From: a virus
Lineage: Duplodnaviria > Caudoviricetes
Direction: 5' to 3' (one strand)
IMG/VR virus record: IMGVR_UViG_3300026088_000014
Span: 13,039-77,038 of that record
Length of the DNA: 64,000 nt
The notes beneath the pieces are model-generated. The model saw only the letters and a list, made by a program, of their open reading frames with translations. It made no database searches and was not told the DNA's origin. This document shows, piece after piece, positions 9,085-17,957 of this stretch. Positions within the stretch are counted from its first letter, which is position 1, and the number at the start of each line of letters is the position of its first letter. The position numbers were made by a program, and so were the translations under genes.

Positions 9085-9807
9085 TTATCCTGTCTGCAGC
9101 ACAGACACACCCAGCTGCGAGGCGTTGGAGGACGATGAAATCAACGTCACGCGCCACGCCGAGATGGGCGAGGTAAAGTTGGCTGTAGTAACCGCATCGA
9201 TCGCGGTGGAGACAAAGGTCGATCCTGGGGTCTGCGAGATAAACGGGGTCGGATACCACGGCACGATCTGTGGATTGCTGCTCGATAAGAGCTTGTTCGG
9301 ACCCGGCACCGTCTGGGTGATATCCTCAAGGGTGCATTCAAAGTTGGCCGATGCAGTCCCGGTGGCGGTGAAGGTAAGCTGAACCGCCATGTCGAACGGA
9401 TTGGCCCACGAATTGGTGGTGATCCACGGGGTTCCTGCCCGTGAAGACGTGCCCATATTCATGCGCACGTTCAGCGACGAGCTGAAGGTCACCGAGGTAA
9501 CTGACTGAAAATCCTGTACCGTGGTGCGAATCGAGCCAGCCGCACTTGAGCCAAGAATTCTCTCGGTGACGGCATCGCCGCTATCGCTGACCCCGGTCAG
9601 TGTGATGATAAGCGAGTCGCTGGCTGCCGCTGAAGACCAGAAGATAATCCGGCGACCGGTATCCAGCAGCGAGGCAACCGCACCCGATGATGTGCCGATC
9701 TGTGCCGACGAGCCCGAGGTATAGAGGACGGTCTGCGACGAGAAAAAGCCCAGCATCCCGCTGGAGGATGTGGTGATCGACTTGTTGAGAAGGGTTGGTT
9801 GCGCCAT
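9085..9807 (-). CDS. Ser/Thr-rich virion structural protein
   Basis: 240 aa, 78 S+T (about 33%); motif ITLTGVSDSGDAVTE.I.G...TVQDFQSVTSV. Confidence 0.7.
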   Translation of the reverse strand: MAQPTLLNKSITTSSSGMLGFFSSQTVLYTSGSSAQIGTSSGAVASLLDTGRRIIFWSSAAASDSLIITLTGVSDSGDAVTERILGSSAAGSIRTTVQDFQSVTSVTFSSSLNVRMNMGTSSRAGTPWITTNSWANPFDMAVQLTFTATGTASANFECTLEDITQTVPGPNKLLSSSNPQIVPWYPTPFISQTPGSTFVSTAIDAVTTANFTSPISAWRVTLISSSSNASQLGVSVLQTG

Positions 9808-9816
9808 ATCCGCCCT

Positions 9817-10023
9817 TTAGTTGGGCCGATACTTGGCGTAGGTGATTGCCAATCGAGCCCTTTTTCCTGCTTTCCCTGGAGAATCCCTATGCTTGTGGGC
9901 GTACTCCATTGTGGACATTCCAGCTCGATGAGCCGCGGTTCGTAGCGCACCGGGTTTATGCACAGCGTTCTGCATCCATTTCCCGGACCCGCCACCGGAT
10001 GCGTAAGCGTCAGATCCTTCTAT
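9817..10023 (-). CDS. -1 frame extension (68 codons) of the 10020-10277 gene, basic KW.QNAV.KPGAL...GKRARLA domain
   Basis: Hand-translated. The frame has no start codon upstream of the KW motif and begins at G GGA AAA just before the TAG of the upstream gene. Confidence 0.55.
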   Translation of the reverse strand: MEGSDAYASGGGSGKWMQNAVHKPGALRTAAHRAGMSTMEYAHKHRDSPGKAGKRARLAITYAKYRPN

Positions 10024-10277
10024 TTTCCCACTGATCCGCCGCGTTTGTGGCCGATACTGGCGCTGGATAGTGGATGCTTGTCGGCACCGACTCCGCCACC
10101 GCGCGCCCGCTTGTCGAGGCGACCACCAGACTTGAAGCCGGCAACCGACCCGCCATCCTTCTTGGCCTTGCCACCACGCTTGATCCCGGCTTCTTTACCG
10201 ATCTCGTCGTCGTGCGCAGCGCGCCGCTTGACTGATCCGCCGCCCGCCTTGGTCTGCACTGTATGACGGTGTGCCAT
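10020..10277 (-). CDS. Small basic protein with repeated xxGG motifs (putative core/DNA-binding protein)
   Basis: K/R/G-rich; KSGGRLDKRARGG is shared with the 14771-15298 protein. Confidence 0.7.
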   Translation of the reverse strand: MAHRHTVQTKAGGGSVKRRAAHDDEIGKEAGIKRGGKAKKDGGSVAGFKSGGRLDKRARGGGVGADKHPLSSASIGHKRGGSVGK

Positions 10278-10288
10278 TTAATTCTCCT

Positions 10289-10627
10289 TTAGGCCGTGAC
10301 GGACTGAAGCGCTTTGAGGGTGAATGTGATCGGCGTGGCGTTGGTCGTTGAGTTAATCCTGACCCCGCCGAGCGGTGAGAGCACCGTCAACAGGTAGCCT
10401 GTGTCAAAAGCCGTATTCGACGAAGTGATACCGACCGCCGAGCTGATGACCGCCCATGTCAGGGTGGGGCCGCCAACGATGGTTGGGTCGTCGAGTGAGG
10501 CTTGAATGGTGAACGCGGCAACCGCCGAAGACGATGCCGTCAGCAGCAGCGTTGTATTCTTGGCTACCGGATTAAGGGCGATTCCGGCGCTGGTGCCTGC
10601 CGATGAAAGGGTTACGGATTGTGCCAT
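10289..10627 (-). CDS. Ser/Thr-rich small virion protein
   Basis: 112 aa, about 30% S+T; RBS AGGAG. Confidence 0.7.
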   Translation of the reverse strand: MAQSVTLSSAGTSAGIALNPVAKNTTLLLTASSSAVAAFTIQASLDDPTIVGGPTLTWAVISSAVGITSSNTAFDTGYLLTVLSPLGGVRINSTTNATPITFTLKALQSVTA

Positions 10628-10801
10628 TTGGCTCTCCTAGCCGTTTGTAACTTGGTAGACACACTGGACCTGCTGTTGTGACGCCACGCTATCATCGTAG
10701 ATCTTTGGCAGTATCGTCGAGATTGGCGTGGCTGAGAACCCGCCGAGCGCAAACAGATTGAAAAGCGGTATAGGCCAAAGATCGATAATCATGTCATGCC
10801 C

Positions 10802-11716
10802 TCACGAAAGCGGGAACGTGCCCCACACAGCGCGCCAGTCATAGTAGGACGGGACGTACCGTTGGTAGCCCTTGACCAGCAGGTTATCGGTGGTGAACTC
10901 AACGCTCATGTCCATCTCAAACGGCTTGCGATTGAACCAGATGAGACCGTCATGATTGGTGAGAATGAACCACGCAAAGGATGATGTCAGGTAGTCCCAC
11001 ACCAGGAATGACTCCTTGAGCGAGTCGTTCATGCCGAGGACGGCGTTGACATCGTTGGTTGCCGTGCCGGGACGCAGCTCGGAGCGCGTAAGACGCAGCG
11101 CTGTCGGCTCCTGTGCCGGCGGTACGATAAGCTTACGGCCACGCGCATGGATCTTCAGACCGGCATTGTCACGCCAAGAGGTGCGAACCGTAATGAGCGC
11201 ATTGAGCAGGGTGGTCTCATTAAGGTCGACATCAGGGCTGGGCTGGTTGGCAATGGTGGAGCCGTCGATCGGGTGAGCTGTTGAGAACAACGCCACACCA
11301 TCACCACCAGTTGCTGCGTTGTAGGTGGTGCCGGTATTGAAGACGTTCGCGGCATAAAGCTCTTCGGTTTCCTTGAACGACTCCATCAGGCCCATGTTCG
11401 ATGGACCGAACTCGGATTTATAGAGGTTGTCGTCGATCGCCTTGCGGGTGATGGCATAGCCAAGCCCAATCTCAAGGTGTTCGGCGTTGTAGACAAAGCG
11501 CTGTCCCGAAGCGTTATCGAAACTGGTCGGCGCACCTTCCTGCTTCAACTGGGCATAGCCGAGGAACCGCATTGCGGCCCGGCGCTCCAGCGACATTGAC
11601 GATTGCGTTTGTCTGAAGACCTTCGGCCACTGCCGCTCGATCATGTCGTACTTGCCGCTGATGCCCCACAGACCGGGAAGCAGAAGATCGCGGATTTGAG
11701 CTAATGCGACAGGCAT
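10802..11716 (-). CDS. Major capsid protein (Mu gpT-like HK97 fold)
   Basis: LLLPGL...KQEGAP..FD...RFVYNAEH...LGYAITRKAIDDNLY...LIVPPA motifs; position after the scaffold and decoration genes. Confidence 0.88.
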   Translation of the reverse strand: MPVALAQIRDLLLPGLWGISGKYDMIERQWPKVFRQTQSSMSLERRAAMRFLGYAQLKQEGAPTSFDNASGQRFVYNAEHLEIGLGYAITRKAIDDNLYKSEFGPSNMGLMESFKETEELYAANVFNTGTTYNAATGGDGVALFSTAHPIDGSTIANQPSPDVDLNETTLLNALITVRTSWRDNAGLKIHARGRKLIVPPAQEPTALRLTRSELRPGTATNDVNAVLGMNDSLKESFLVWDYLTSSFAWFILTNHDGLIWFNRKPFEMDMSVEFTTDNLLVKGYQRYVPSYYDWRAVWGTFPLS

Positions 11717-11805
11717 ATGTTAGTCTCCATTTGCCCGCTTCCCCGAAGCACGGTAGGACCCGCCCTACTCTCGTTAGATGCCAATCAGGGCCGTCAAGAA
11801 TCTCC

Positions 11806-12453
11806 TTAGGTTGTCGGATAGACCAAGCCAGAAGCCTGCTGGAAGGCAAGTCCGACGAGCTGCACGACCGCGACCTGGAATCCTTCAGCGCCGGTTGAGG
11901 TGCCGTTGACGCCAGGAGGCGCGTAATTGCTGTAAAGGTCGACGACGCGAATGACCGCGTTCGAGGACAAACCGGTGGGGAAGCTGGAGGCCAGCGTCAT
12001 GACGCTTTGCCCGGTCGCTTGGTTACCCAACGAAGAGTTCTGCACCGTTGCCGTATAGCCCATGCCGATGCTGGTCGAAGTCAGAACAGCGCCAGAGGTA
12101 CCTTGAACGATGTAGCGCTGCTTGTCGTCGGTGCAGACATAAGCGTTGGCCGGGGAACTAGAGCCCACGTTGCCGGGGAAGTAGCTGCTCCACACGACAC
12201 GACCAACCGTTGCGCTGTAGTATTCACAGCCCAAGAACACACCGGCCATGCCGTACTCGTTGATGATGCCGACGGCAGACGATGGGTTGGTGATGAATGC
12301 GTTGTTGGCAGAACTCCGATTTACGATGTCTCCGGTAAAATAGAGATTCGTATCGCTGGAGTTGATGAACAGCCGATCGAAACCAGCTGTGGGTGCGCCG
12401 CCTTCTGCGCGGCCAAACTGACGAAATCCAAACGGTGCGTTCGTGTTAGCCAT
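11806..12453 (-). CDS. Capsid decoration/cement protein
   Basis: MANTNAPFGFRQ N-terminus, GVFLGCEY and YVCTDD motifs; immediately upstream of the capsid gene; many SS doublets. Confidence 0.65.
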   Translation of the reverse strand: MANTNAPFGFRQFGRAEGGAPTAGFDRLFINSSDTNLYFTGDIVNRSSANNAFITNPSSAVGIINEYGMAGVFLGCEYYSATVGRVVWSSYFPGNVGSSSPANAYVCTDDKQRYIVQGTSGAVLTSTSIGMGYTATVQNSSLGNQATGQSVMTLASSFPTGLSSNAVIRVVDLYSNYAPPGVNGTSTGAEGFQVAVVQLVGLAFQQASGLVYPTT

Positions 12454-12474
12454 GGCGGCTCCTATGCGACATTA

Positions 12475-12566
12475 GCTGCGAGCGTCGCAGCATCAGTCGG
12501 GTTGAACCGTCAAAGCGTTTGCCGGGTTAGGTTTTGGGGAGCGTCCCCGCGGTTCTATACAGAACC
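12475..12566 (-). promoter_or_regulatory. Structured leader with three hairpins sharing an ACGCU loop
   Basis: GGGG-ACGCT-CCCC, CCGgCAA-ACGCT-TTGaCGG, GCTGCG-ACGCT-CGCAGC, plus GGTTCT-GTAT-AGAACC. Confidence 0.6.
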
Positions 12567-12569
12567 GGC

Positions 12570-13124
12570 CTAGTCCTTCGGAATATCAAGTCTCTCAAAC
12601 GACTTGCCTATGCGATTCGTTTGTACAGCGGATGGATGCGCAGCGTCAAGTGTGACAGGCATTCCGCCACCTTTGAGGTCGCGCTCCTTGAGGATGACGC
12701 GCTCTCTGGCTTCCTTGTATTCTCTTGCCTTGATTTTTGCGTAAAGCTCTTTCGGCATCCAGAACAGACCAATGGTGCCGTCGACCGTCAGTGGCTCGCC
12801 CTCATTCTTGTTGTCGTACTTATTGTCGAAGCGGCCATCAATGTCGCCTTTGCACACAGGTCGCCATCCAGCCTGTGTCTTGGCCTGCACGTTGGGATCA
12901 TCCGCCTTGCCCATCGATGACAAGCGAACCCACTGCAGCTCAACACCCTCTGGAATGTCGTTGGAGGCGATGTAAAACCGATCGGTGATGCTGCGGCTGG
13001 TCGGATCGATCGAGTCGATATCGGCCACCATCTTGAACATCGGCCGCTTTGGCTCACGCGCAATGGGTGAGGCAACCTTGGGTGGCCTGCCGCGCCGCTT
13101 GGGGACTTGTACTTCTTCGGTCAT
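12570..13124 (-). CDS. Conserved head-module hypothetical protein
   Basis: Between scaffold and decoration genes; IPEGVELQWVR...GWRPV motif. Confidence 0.7.
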   Translation of the reverse strand: MTEEVQVPKRRGRPPKVASPIAREPKRPMFKMVADIDSIDPTSRSITDRFYIASNDIPEGVELQWVRLSSMGKADDPNVQAKTQAGWRPVCKGDIDGRFDNKYDNKNEGEPLTVDGTIGLFWMPKELYAKIKAREYKEARERVILKERDLKGGGMPVTLDAAHPSAVQTNRIGKSFERLDIPKD

Positions 13125-14158
13125 TTGCGGGTTTCTCCATAGGTGCCATCAGCCAGCGCCTGTTGATATTTGACCAGCTGCCGGGCGTATTCGGCCTCGG
13201 TGATGCCTGAGTCTTTCGCTGCTTCGCGCTGCGCTGCGGTTAATGTGACCTTACCGGTCGGACGTTGCCCACTGGAGCTCGGTGCCTCACGGCTGACGGG
13301 TGCGCTCACTGGAGGGCTCCTTTTCGGTGGTTCGGCAGCGGGTCGACCGCCGCCGCTAAGAAACTCAAGAACTTCCTCGACGCGCGGGAGATAAGCTGGT
13401 TCGCCCACCTTCAGCCCCTCGTTATAGGCAATCTGCGAAGCATTAACGAGATAGCCATACTTTCTGTCGTCTTCGATGTACTCGGGGTGCTGTCGAACCC
13501 ACTCGGCTTCCGCTGCAGGCAAGTTTGCGGTAACCCCCTCGATCGTCCTTTTCTGCGGCTGTTCTTGTGCCTTTGGCTGCTCCGGCACAGCCTTTCTCAG
13601 CTTGTCGCGCTCGTCTCGCAACTCACGTCGCTTGGCCTGAATCTCGGCAATACCGGATTCAAACTTCCCCATATCTGTCTGCGCCGACACAAGCCGGCCC
13701 ATCGCTTCGATCTTGGCGTCCGCATCCCCACTATTCTCGGCATTGCGCAGGTCGGACATTGCCTTCTCTACCGTCGCTTTCGCGGCTGAGTGGCTGCCCT
13801 CAAGCGCCATCCGCTCGGCTTTGAGCCTGTCCCGCTGATTGCTGATGTCCTTAATCGCTTGTTCGGCCCCAAGGCGGTCGAACTTCTGCTTCCACTGAGC
13901 ATCGACCTGCTCCCTTTGGCGGGCTTCGTTGCGCCTGATTTCCTCAATTTGCTTCTTGAGCGCGGCTGCCGCGTCATCGATTGTCGGCTCTTCCACAACG
14001 GGAGCTGGCGGAGATTCCTGGGGTTGTTCAAATGGCTCTGGAGTTTCGCTGACAGCCGCCTCTTTGACCGGCTTTTCCTGTTCCTCGGCAGCCGGTGTAG
14101 CGGCGTCTGAATCGAACAGCTCTTCCTTCTTGGCTGTCGGTTGGCGTAGTCGCGGCAT
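13121..14158 (-). CDS. Capsid scaffolding protein
   Basis: Acidic N-terminus, long coiled coil, AAEWVRQHP and C-terminal LTAAQREAAKDSGITEAEYARQL. Confidence 0.75.
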   Translation of the reverse strand: MPRLRQPTAKKEELFDSDAATPAAEEQEKPVKEAAVSETPEPFEQPQESPPAPVVEEPTIDDAAAALKKQIEEIRRNEARQREQVDAQWKQKFDRLGAEQAIKDISNQRDRLKAERMALEGSHSAAKATVEKAMSDLRNAENSGDADAKIEAMGRLVSAQTDMGKFESGIAEIQAKRRELRDERDKLRKAVPEQPKAQEQPQKRTIEGVTANLPAAEAEWVRQHPEYIEDDRKYGYLVNASQIAYNEGLKVGEPAYLPRVEEVLEFLSGGGRPAAEPPKRSPPVSAPVSREAPSSSGQRPTGKVTLTAAQREAAKDSGITEAEYARQLVKYQQALADGTYGETRK

Positions 14159-14169
14159 ATACCCCTCCG

Positions 14170-14589
14170 CTAAAAGATTGAATTCGGGTCATCCACCTTC
14201 ATCATGATGCTGGCATCCCTCAGCAACCGGCAAGGAAATCCATTAACCATGAGGCTTCTGGCGTCGACCACGTTGTAGACGGCCCACTCCCCGACCTGCA
14301 CCTTGTCTGCATCGGCGAAATGGTATTCCGCGTCATCCTGAAAGGCAGCTGTGCCCCACTTGAGGACGAGGCCGACCTTGCCCTGCCAAACATCCTCTTC
14401 CTTGTTCGCATCGGGGCGAATGATGCCGCCCTTGGTCTTTTCCGGTCGCATGTAGGTGGCGACCAGAACTCGGTTTGAAAGGACGTAGTGGCCGGACAGA
14501 TCACCGACGAAATCGATGATCGCTTTCTTCGGGTCTTTCGCATTGGCAACAATGTCAATCGCCTTATGAGGTACTACAACACCCATCAC
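14170..14589 (-). CDS. groES: GroES/Cpn10-like co-chaperonin
   Basis: NRVLV...EKTKGGIIRPD mobile loop, GKVGLVLKWG, VQVGEW and RLLRDASI. Confidence 0.8.
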   Translation of the reverse strand: MMGVVVPHKAIDIVANAKDPKKAIIDFVGDLSGHYVLSNRVLVATYMRPEKTKGGIIRPDANKEEDVWQGKVGLVLKWGTAAFQDDAEYHFADADKVQVGEWAVYNVVDARSLMVNGFPCRLLRDASIMMKVDDPNSIF

Positions 14590-14771
14590 TCGTATTCCTT
14601 TTCTATTTCGTCAGCAAGTGCGAGGGCATCCATGAGGCCCTTGATGAAACCGACATTTTCCCGGTAAGCCGCGTAGTCCGCACACTGACCGGAGGCGATA
14701 CTGCCTGCTCGCGCCTCTATGGTCTCTTCGATCTTGGCGCGCAGCAGCGCGTGGAATCTGGTTTGCACCAT
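14586..14771 (-). CDS. Small conserved head-module protein
   Basis: 61 aa, ...DYAAYRENVGFIKGL...; coupled overlaps. Confidence 0.7.
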   Translation of the reverse strand: MVQTRFHALLRAKIEETIEARAGSIASGQCADYAAYRENVGFIKGLMDALALADEIEKEYE

Positions 14772-15298
14772 TACTTTGCGTTGTACTTCTTCGCCTTCTG
14801 CAGACGGCCCTCGCCGCTCTCAGCCCCGGCAGTCATACCGAGCTTGCCGCCTCGCGCGAAGCCCTTCACCTTGCCCCCACGCTTCATCATGCCGGGAGGT
14901 TTCGGTGGAAGCCCAGGAGGTCCGCCCGGTGGGAGTCCGGGTGGACCGCCAGCCATTGGAGGAGGTGCGGGAGGCGGAGGCATGGGACCTCCTGGAAGCG
15001 CGCCGGGAACACCGGGGGAGGATTTATCTCCCGGAGCGACATTCACGATATTGATTCGCGTGGCACCCTTATCCTTAGTTCTGCCACCGCGGGCATATTT
15101 GTCGAGACGGCCACCAGATTTCATACCGGGAGGCGGCATCTGCTCGTCGCCACCACCAGCCGCCTGCTGGGCCATCAGATCCTGAAACAGCTTCTTGTCA
15201 GCCGCGGCATCCGCATGCGGTTGACCCTTCATGACGTGGCCGACACGCTTCTTCGACGTGGCATGAGCCTTATGCTGAGCGAATGGATGAGCCATCAC
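14771..15298 (-). CDS. Basic Pro/Gly-rich protein with xxGG motifs
   Basis: MKSGG, YARGG, MKRGG, FARGG and a poly-Pro tract. Confidence 0.65.
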   Translation of the reverse strand: MMAHPFAQHKAHATSKKRVGHVMKGQPHADAAADKKLFQDLMAQQAAGGGDEQMPPPGMKSGGRLDKYARGGRTKDKGATRINIVNVAPGDKSSPGVPGALPGGPMPPPPAPPPMAGGPPGLPPGGPPGLPPKPPGMMKRGGKVKGFARGGKLGMTAGAESGEGRLQKAKKYNAK

Positions 15299-15519
15299 TT
15301 GCTCCCTGATTTGTGCGTATCGAAGTGCGGATATGGACTGCCGACACCGCGCACCCAGCCGCTGGCATCGTTGTCATATTTAGCGCCGTGCTTGTCCTCT
15401 GGGTCCTGCGGTGGCTGCTGACTCTTGGCCGGCGTCACCCCGCTGGCGTCCGGTGTGCCATAGCGTTCTTTTGCGGTCGCGCGACCCCACTTCTCGACAT
15501 TCTGTGCCGGCTTCGCCAT
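15295..15519 (-). CDS. Hypothetical protein
   Basis: Coupled downstream of the portal gene. Confidence 0.55.
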   Translation of the reverse strand: MAKPAQNVEKWGRATAKERYGTPDASGVTPAKSQQPPQDPEDKHGAKYDNDASGWVRGVGSPYPHFDTHKSGSK

Positions 15520-15521
15520 GA

Positions 15522-17957
15522 CTACTTGTCCTTTGGTTTGGCTTTCAAGATAGCCTGTTTCTTCGCTTGAGCAAGTTCATTGGTGTGTTCAAGCTTTTGC
15601 CTGTGCAATTCGGCGTTCCTGTCCATCGCATCCTTGTGGCTTTCGTCGGCCCGCTGCATCTCGGCCTGGTGATGCTGTGTCTCCATGCCGACATCAATGG
15701 CCTTGAGCGCCGCGCTCGACTGCATCTTCTGCTGCGCCTGCGCCTGCTGTGACTGAATCTTCTGCTGTGTCGTCGCCTGATCGAGCTGCATCTTATGCTG
15801 TGTCTGTGCTTCGATGCGCTGCTGATCGAACTGATGGATGATATGCTCTTCGATGACCCTGAGCTTTTCCAGCTCGATCTTCATCTGCTCGATCTTCTCG
15901 CGAGACGCCCGGTCGGCAGCCTTGTCCTGAAGGATTGCCTCCTGCGACTTCGCCTTGATTTGCGCTTCAAGGAGAGCGATCTGGCTCTTGACCTGCTCGG
16001 CCTGTGCTTTTTGGCCGATGGCCACCATACGCGGATCGGGCGGTTGTGGTGCAGGAGTAGCCCGGAATAGGCCCTCCGGGTCAATATCAACAATGCGCAT
16101 GATGCGCATATCAACAGCAATCGGATCATAGAGATCTGGACTCGCCTGCTGCAGAGTCTTGATCGCCATCGCCTTGGCAATGCGATGCAGACTCGTTGGG
16201 TTATTCGGATCGGCGACCGGGACCAACTCACAGTTATTCAGTGCTTCGAGGAATTGTTCTTTCTTCCACGGGATCGTTGGCCGCTTGTTCTGTCGCCAGA
16301 AGGCTTCAGGATCTTCACGGAAGCGTTTTTTAATGAGCTGGAACTCTTCGGCTTGGGCAGCATGGAGCCGCTTGTGGGCCGAGTCCAGAACCTTCGAATT
16401 CTGTTCGATAAGTGCAAGAGTAGTCCCAACCGGCGCATCTTGCTTGCCCTCCCCAACCTGGGTGTTGGCGGTATTGCCGAGTCGAGCGACAACTTCCTCG
16501 ATATGCTGTGTGAAGGCGGTGAATGACGGCCCGACTTCCTTGTATGGCAACGGCATGATCGCCTTGCGGATATCGTCAAGCGCACCGATGTCGAATGGCT
16601 GGCTCGTGCCCGGAGCAACGCGGAATGTATTGGTATTCTGCCGCCCGGCACTCTTGGCGTGCAGCGAGCCGGGGAAGTTGGCAAACATGCCGGCATCGAG
16701 CATCAACCGCCACGCCGCGGTCAGCGCGTTCGTCGAGTTACCGAGTAGATGAATATAACCAAGGCCATAGAAACCAAGTCCACGTATAAAGGGAAATTGC
16801 ACGAAAAACTGTTTTGCCAAGCACTGATCGTCATCTTCTTCCCAATTACGCCTGATATCGAGAACCTGCTTGCTGTCTTTCTCGATTGTTACACGATAGG
16901 GCAGCGGCAGCCCCTTATCCTTGAATTCATCCGGCGCAAACTGATTGAGATCGAGCTCGCAGTAAACTTCATAAATCGTATAATCTTGGTCCTCTGGCCT
17001 AGTCGGGGCCTTAACGCCAGCCAGCTCCTGCTTCTTCTTTTCGACCTCATCCGCAAACGGATTCTGCGGCAGGCTTAGCTCGACATCACGATAGACACCG
17101 AGGATCTGCATGCGCCGCAGAATCGACCGACGCATCTTGATGCGATGCGTAACCCGCCCGCAGTTCTGGATATCGGTCGCCGCGTTGGAGATAATCAAGT
17201 CTTCGGCATCGATTGATTCCGATACTGGCCGCCGCCGCAGCGGGCAGTTGTAAACCTTCTTGAAACCGTCGCCACCGAAACCGATGTAGAACAGCATGCG
17301 ATCGGTATCGGGAACGTATTCCGTCGCAATCGCCGTCAGGTAGTGATTCATGTCGCGCTCAAGCGCCTGGGCTAGTTCATCCTTGCCCTGCAGGCTATCG
17401 GCAAGATCGCGCGCTGCATTGGTCTGCTGAACCTCTTTCGGTGGGACCGTCGCATCGTTGCGCACCTTGACCGGCCCAGCGGCTGGCAAAAGCTCGGCCC
17501 TGGCCGTTGCCTGAAAGCGAACCGTTGCTTCAAGCAACGCCGGATGACGGACAACCGACATGCCCTCAAGCGGAGCAGAAGATGTCCCGGCGTCTGTGCG
17601 CGGCTTCTCCAGCCTGAGACCGAGCAGCGTGATACCCAAGGCGCGAGTATCGAGCCACTCCTTGCGCGATTGTTCATCACGATCAATACCTTCCATGATG
17701 TCCGAGGCGATGCTTGACAGCTCGCTCGCATCCATGTCGGCAGCAAGGTTGCGGCTGAAGTCAGTATCGTCCGGACCCGCATCCTCATGCTCCGGATTCA
17801 GATCGATAGTGACGGAGCCATCGGCGTTCTCGACCGTGATGACATCATCGTCGGTGATTTTGACGTTTGTATCGCCGACCAGAGATAGCGGACGCGGAGG
17901 CGTTATTTGCCCGAATGGATCATCGGTGAGTGGCAGGCTATTGCTGCGGATAGCCAT
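15522..17957 (-). CDS. Portal protein (P22-like podoviral)
   Basis: 811 aa next to terL; DEQSRKEW, HPALLEATVRFQA, GDGFKKVY, YGLGYIHL, DAGMFANFPG; C-terminal coiled coil. Confidence 0.9.
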   Translation of the reverse strand: MAIRSNSLPLTDDPFGQITPPRPLSLVGDTNVKITDDDVITVENADGSVTIDLNPEHEDAGPDDTDFSRNLAADMDASELSSIASDIMEGIDRDEQSRKEWLDTRALGITLLGLRLEKPRTDAGTSSAPLEGMSVVRHPALLEATVRFQATARAELLPAAGPVKVRNDATVPPKEVQQTNAARDLADSLQGKDELAQALERDMNHYLTAIATEYVPDTDRMLFYIGFGGDGFKKVYNCPLRRRPVSESIDAEDLIISNAATDIQNCGRVTHRIKMRRSILRRMQILGVYRDVELSLPQNPFADEVEKKKQELAGVKAPTRPEDQDYTIYEVYCELDLNQFAPDEFKDKGLPLPYRVTIEKDSKQVLDIRRNWEEDDDQCLAKQFFVQFPFIRGLGFYGLGYIHLLGNSTNALTAAWRLMLDAGMFANFPGSLHAKSAGRQNTNTFRVAPGTSQPFDIGALDDIRKAIMPLPYKEVGPSFTAFTQHIEEVVARLGNTANTQVGEGKQDAPVGTTLALIEQNSKVLDSAHKRLHAAQAEEFQLIKKRFREDPEAFWRQNKRPTIPWKKEQFLEALNNCELVPVADPNNPTSLHRIAKAMAIKTLQQASPDLYDPIAVDMRIMRIVDIDPEGLFRATPAPQPPDPRMVAIGQKAQAEQVKSQIALLEAQIKAKSQEAILQDKAADRASREKIEQMKIELEKLRVIEEHIIHQFDQQRIEAQTQHKMQLDQATTQQKIQSQQAQAQQKMQSSAALKAIDVGMETQHHQAEMQRADESHKDAMDRNAELHRQKLEHTNELAQAKKQAILKAKPKDK

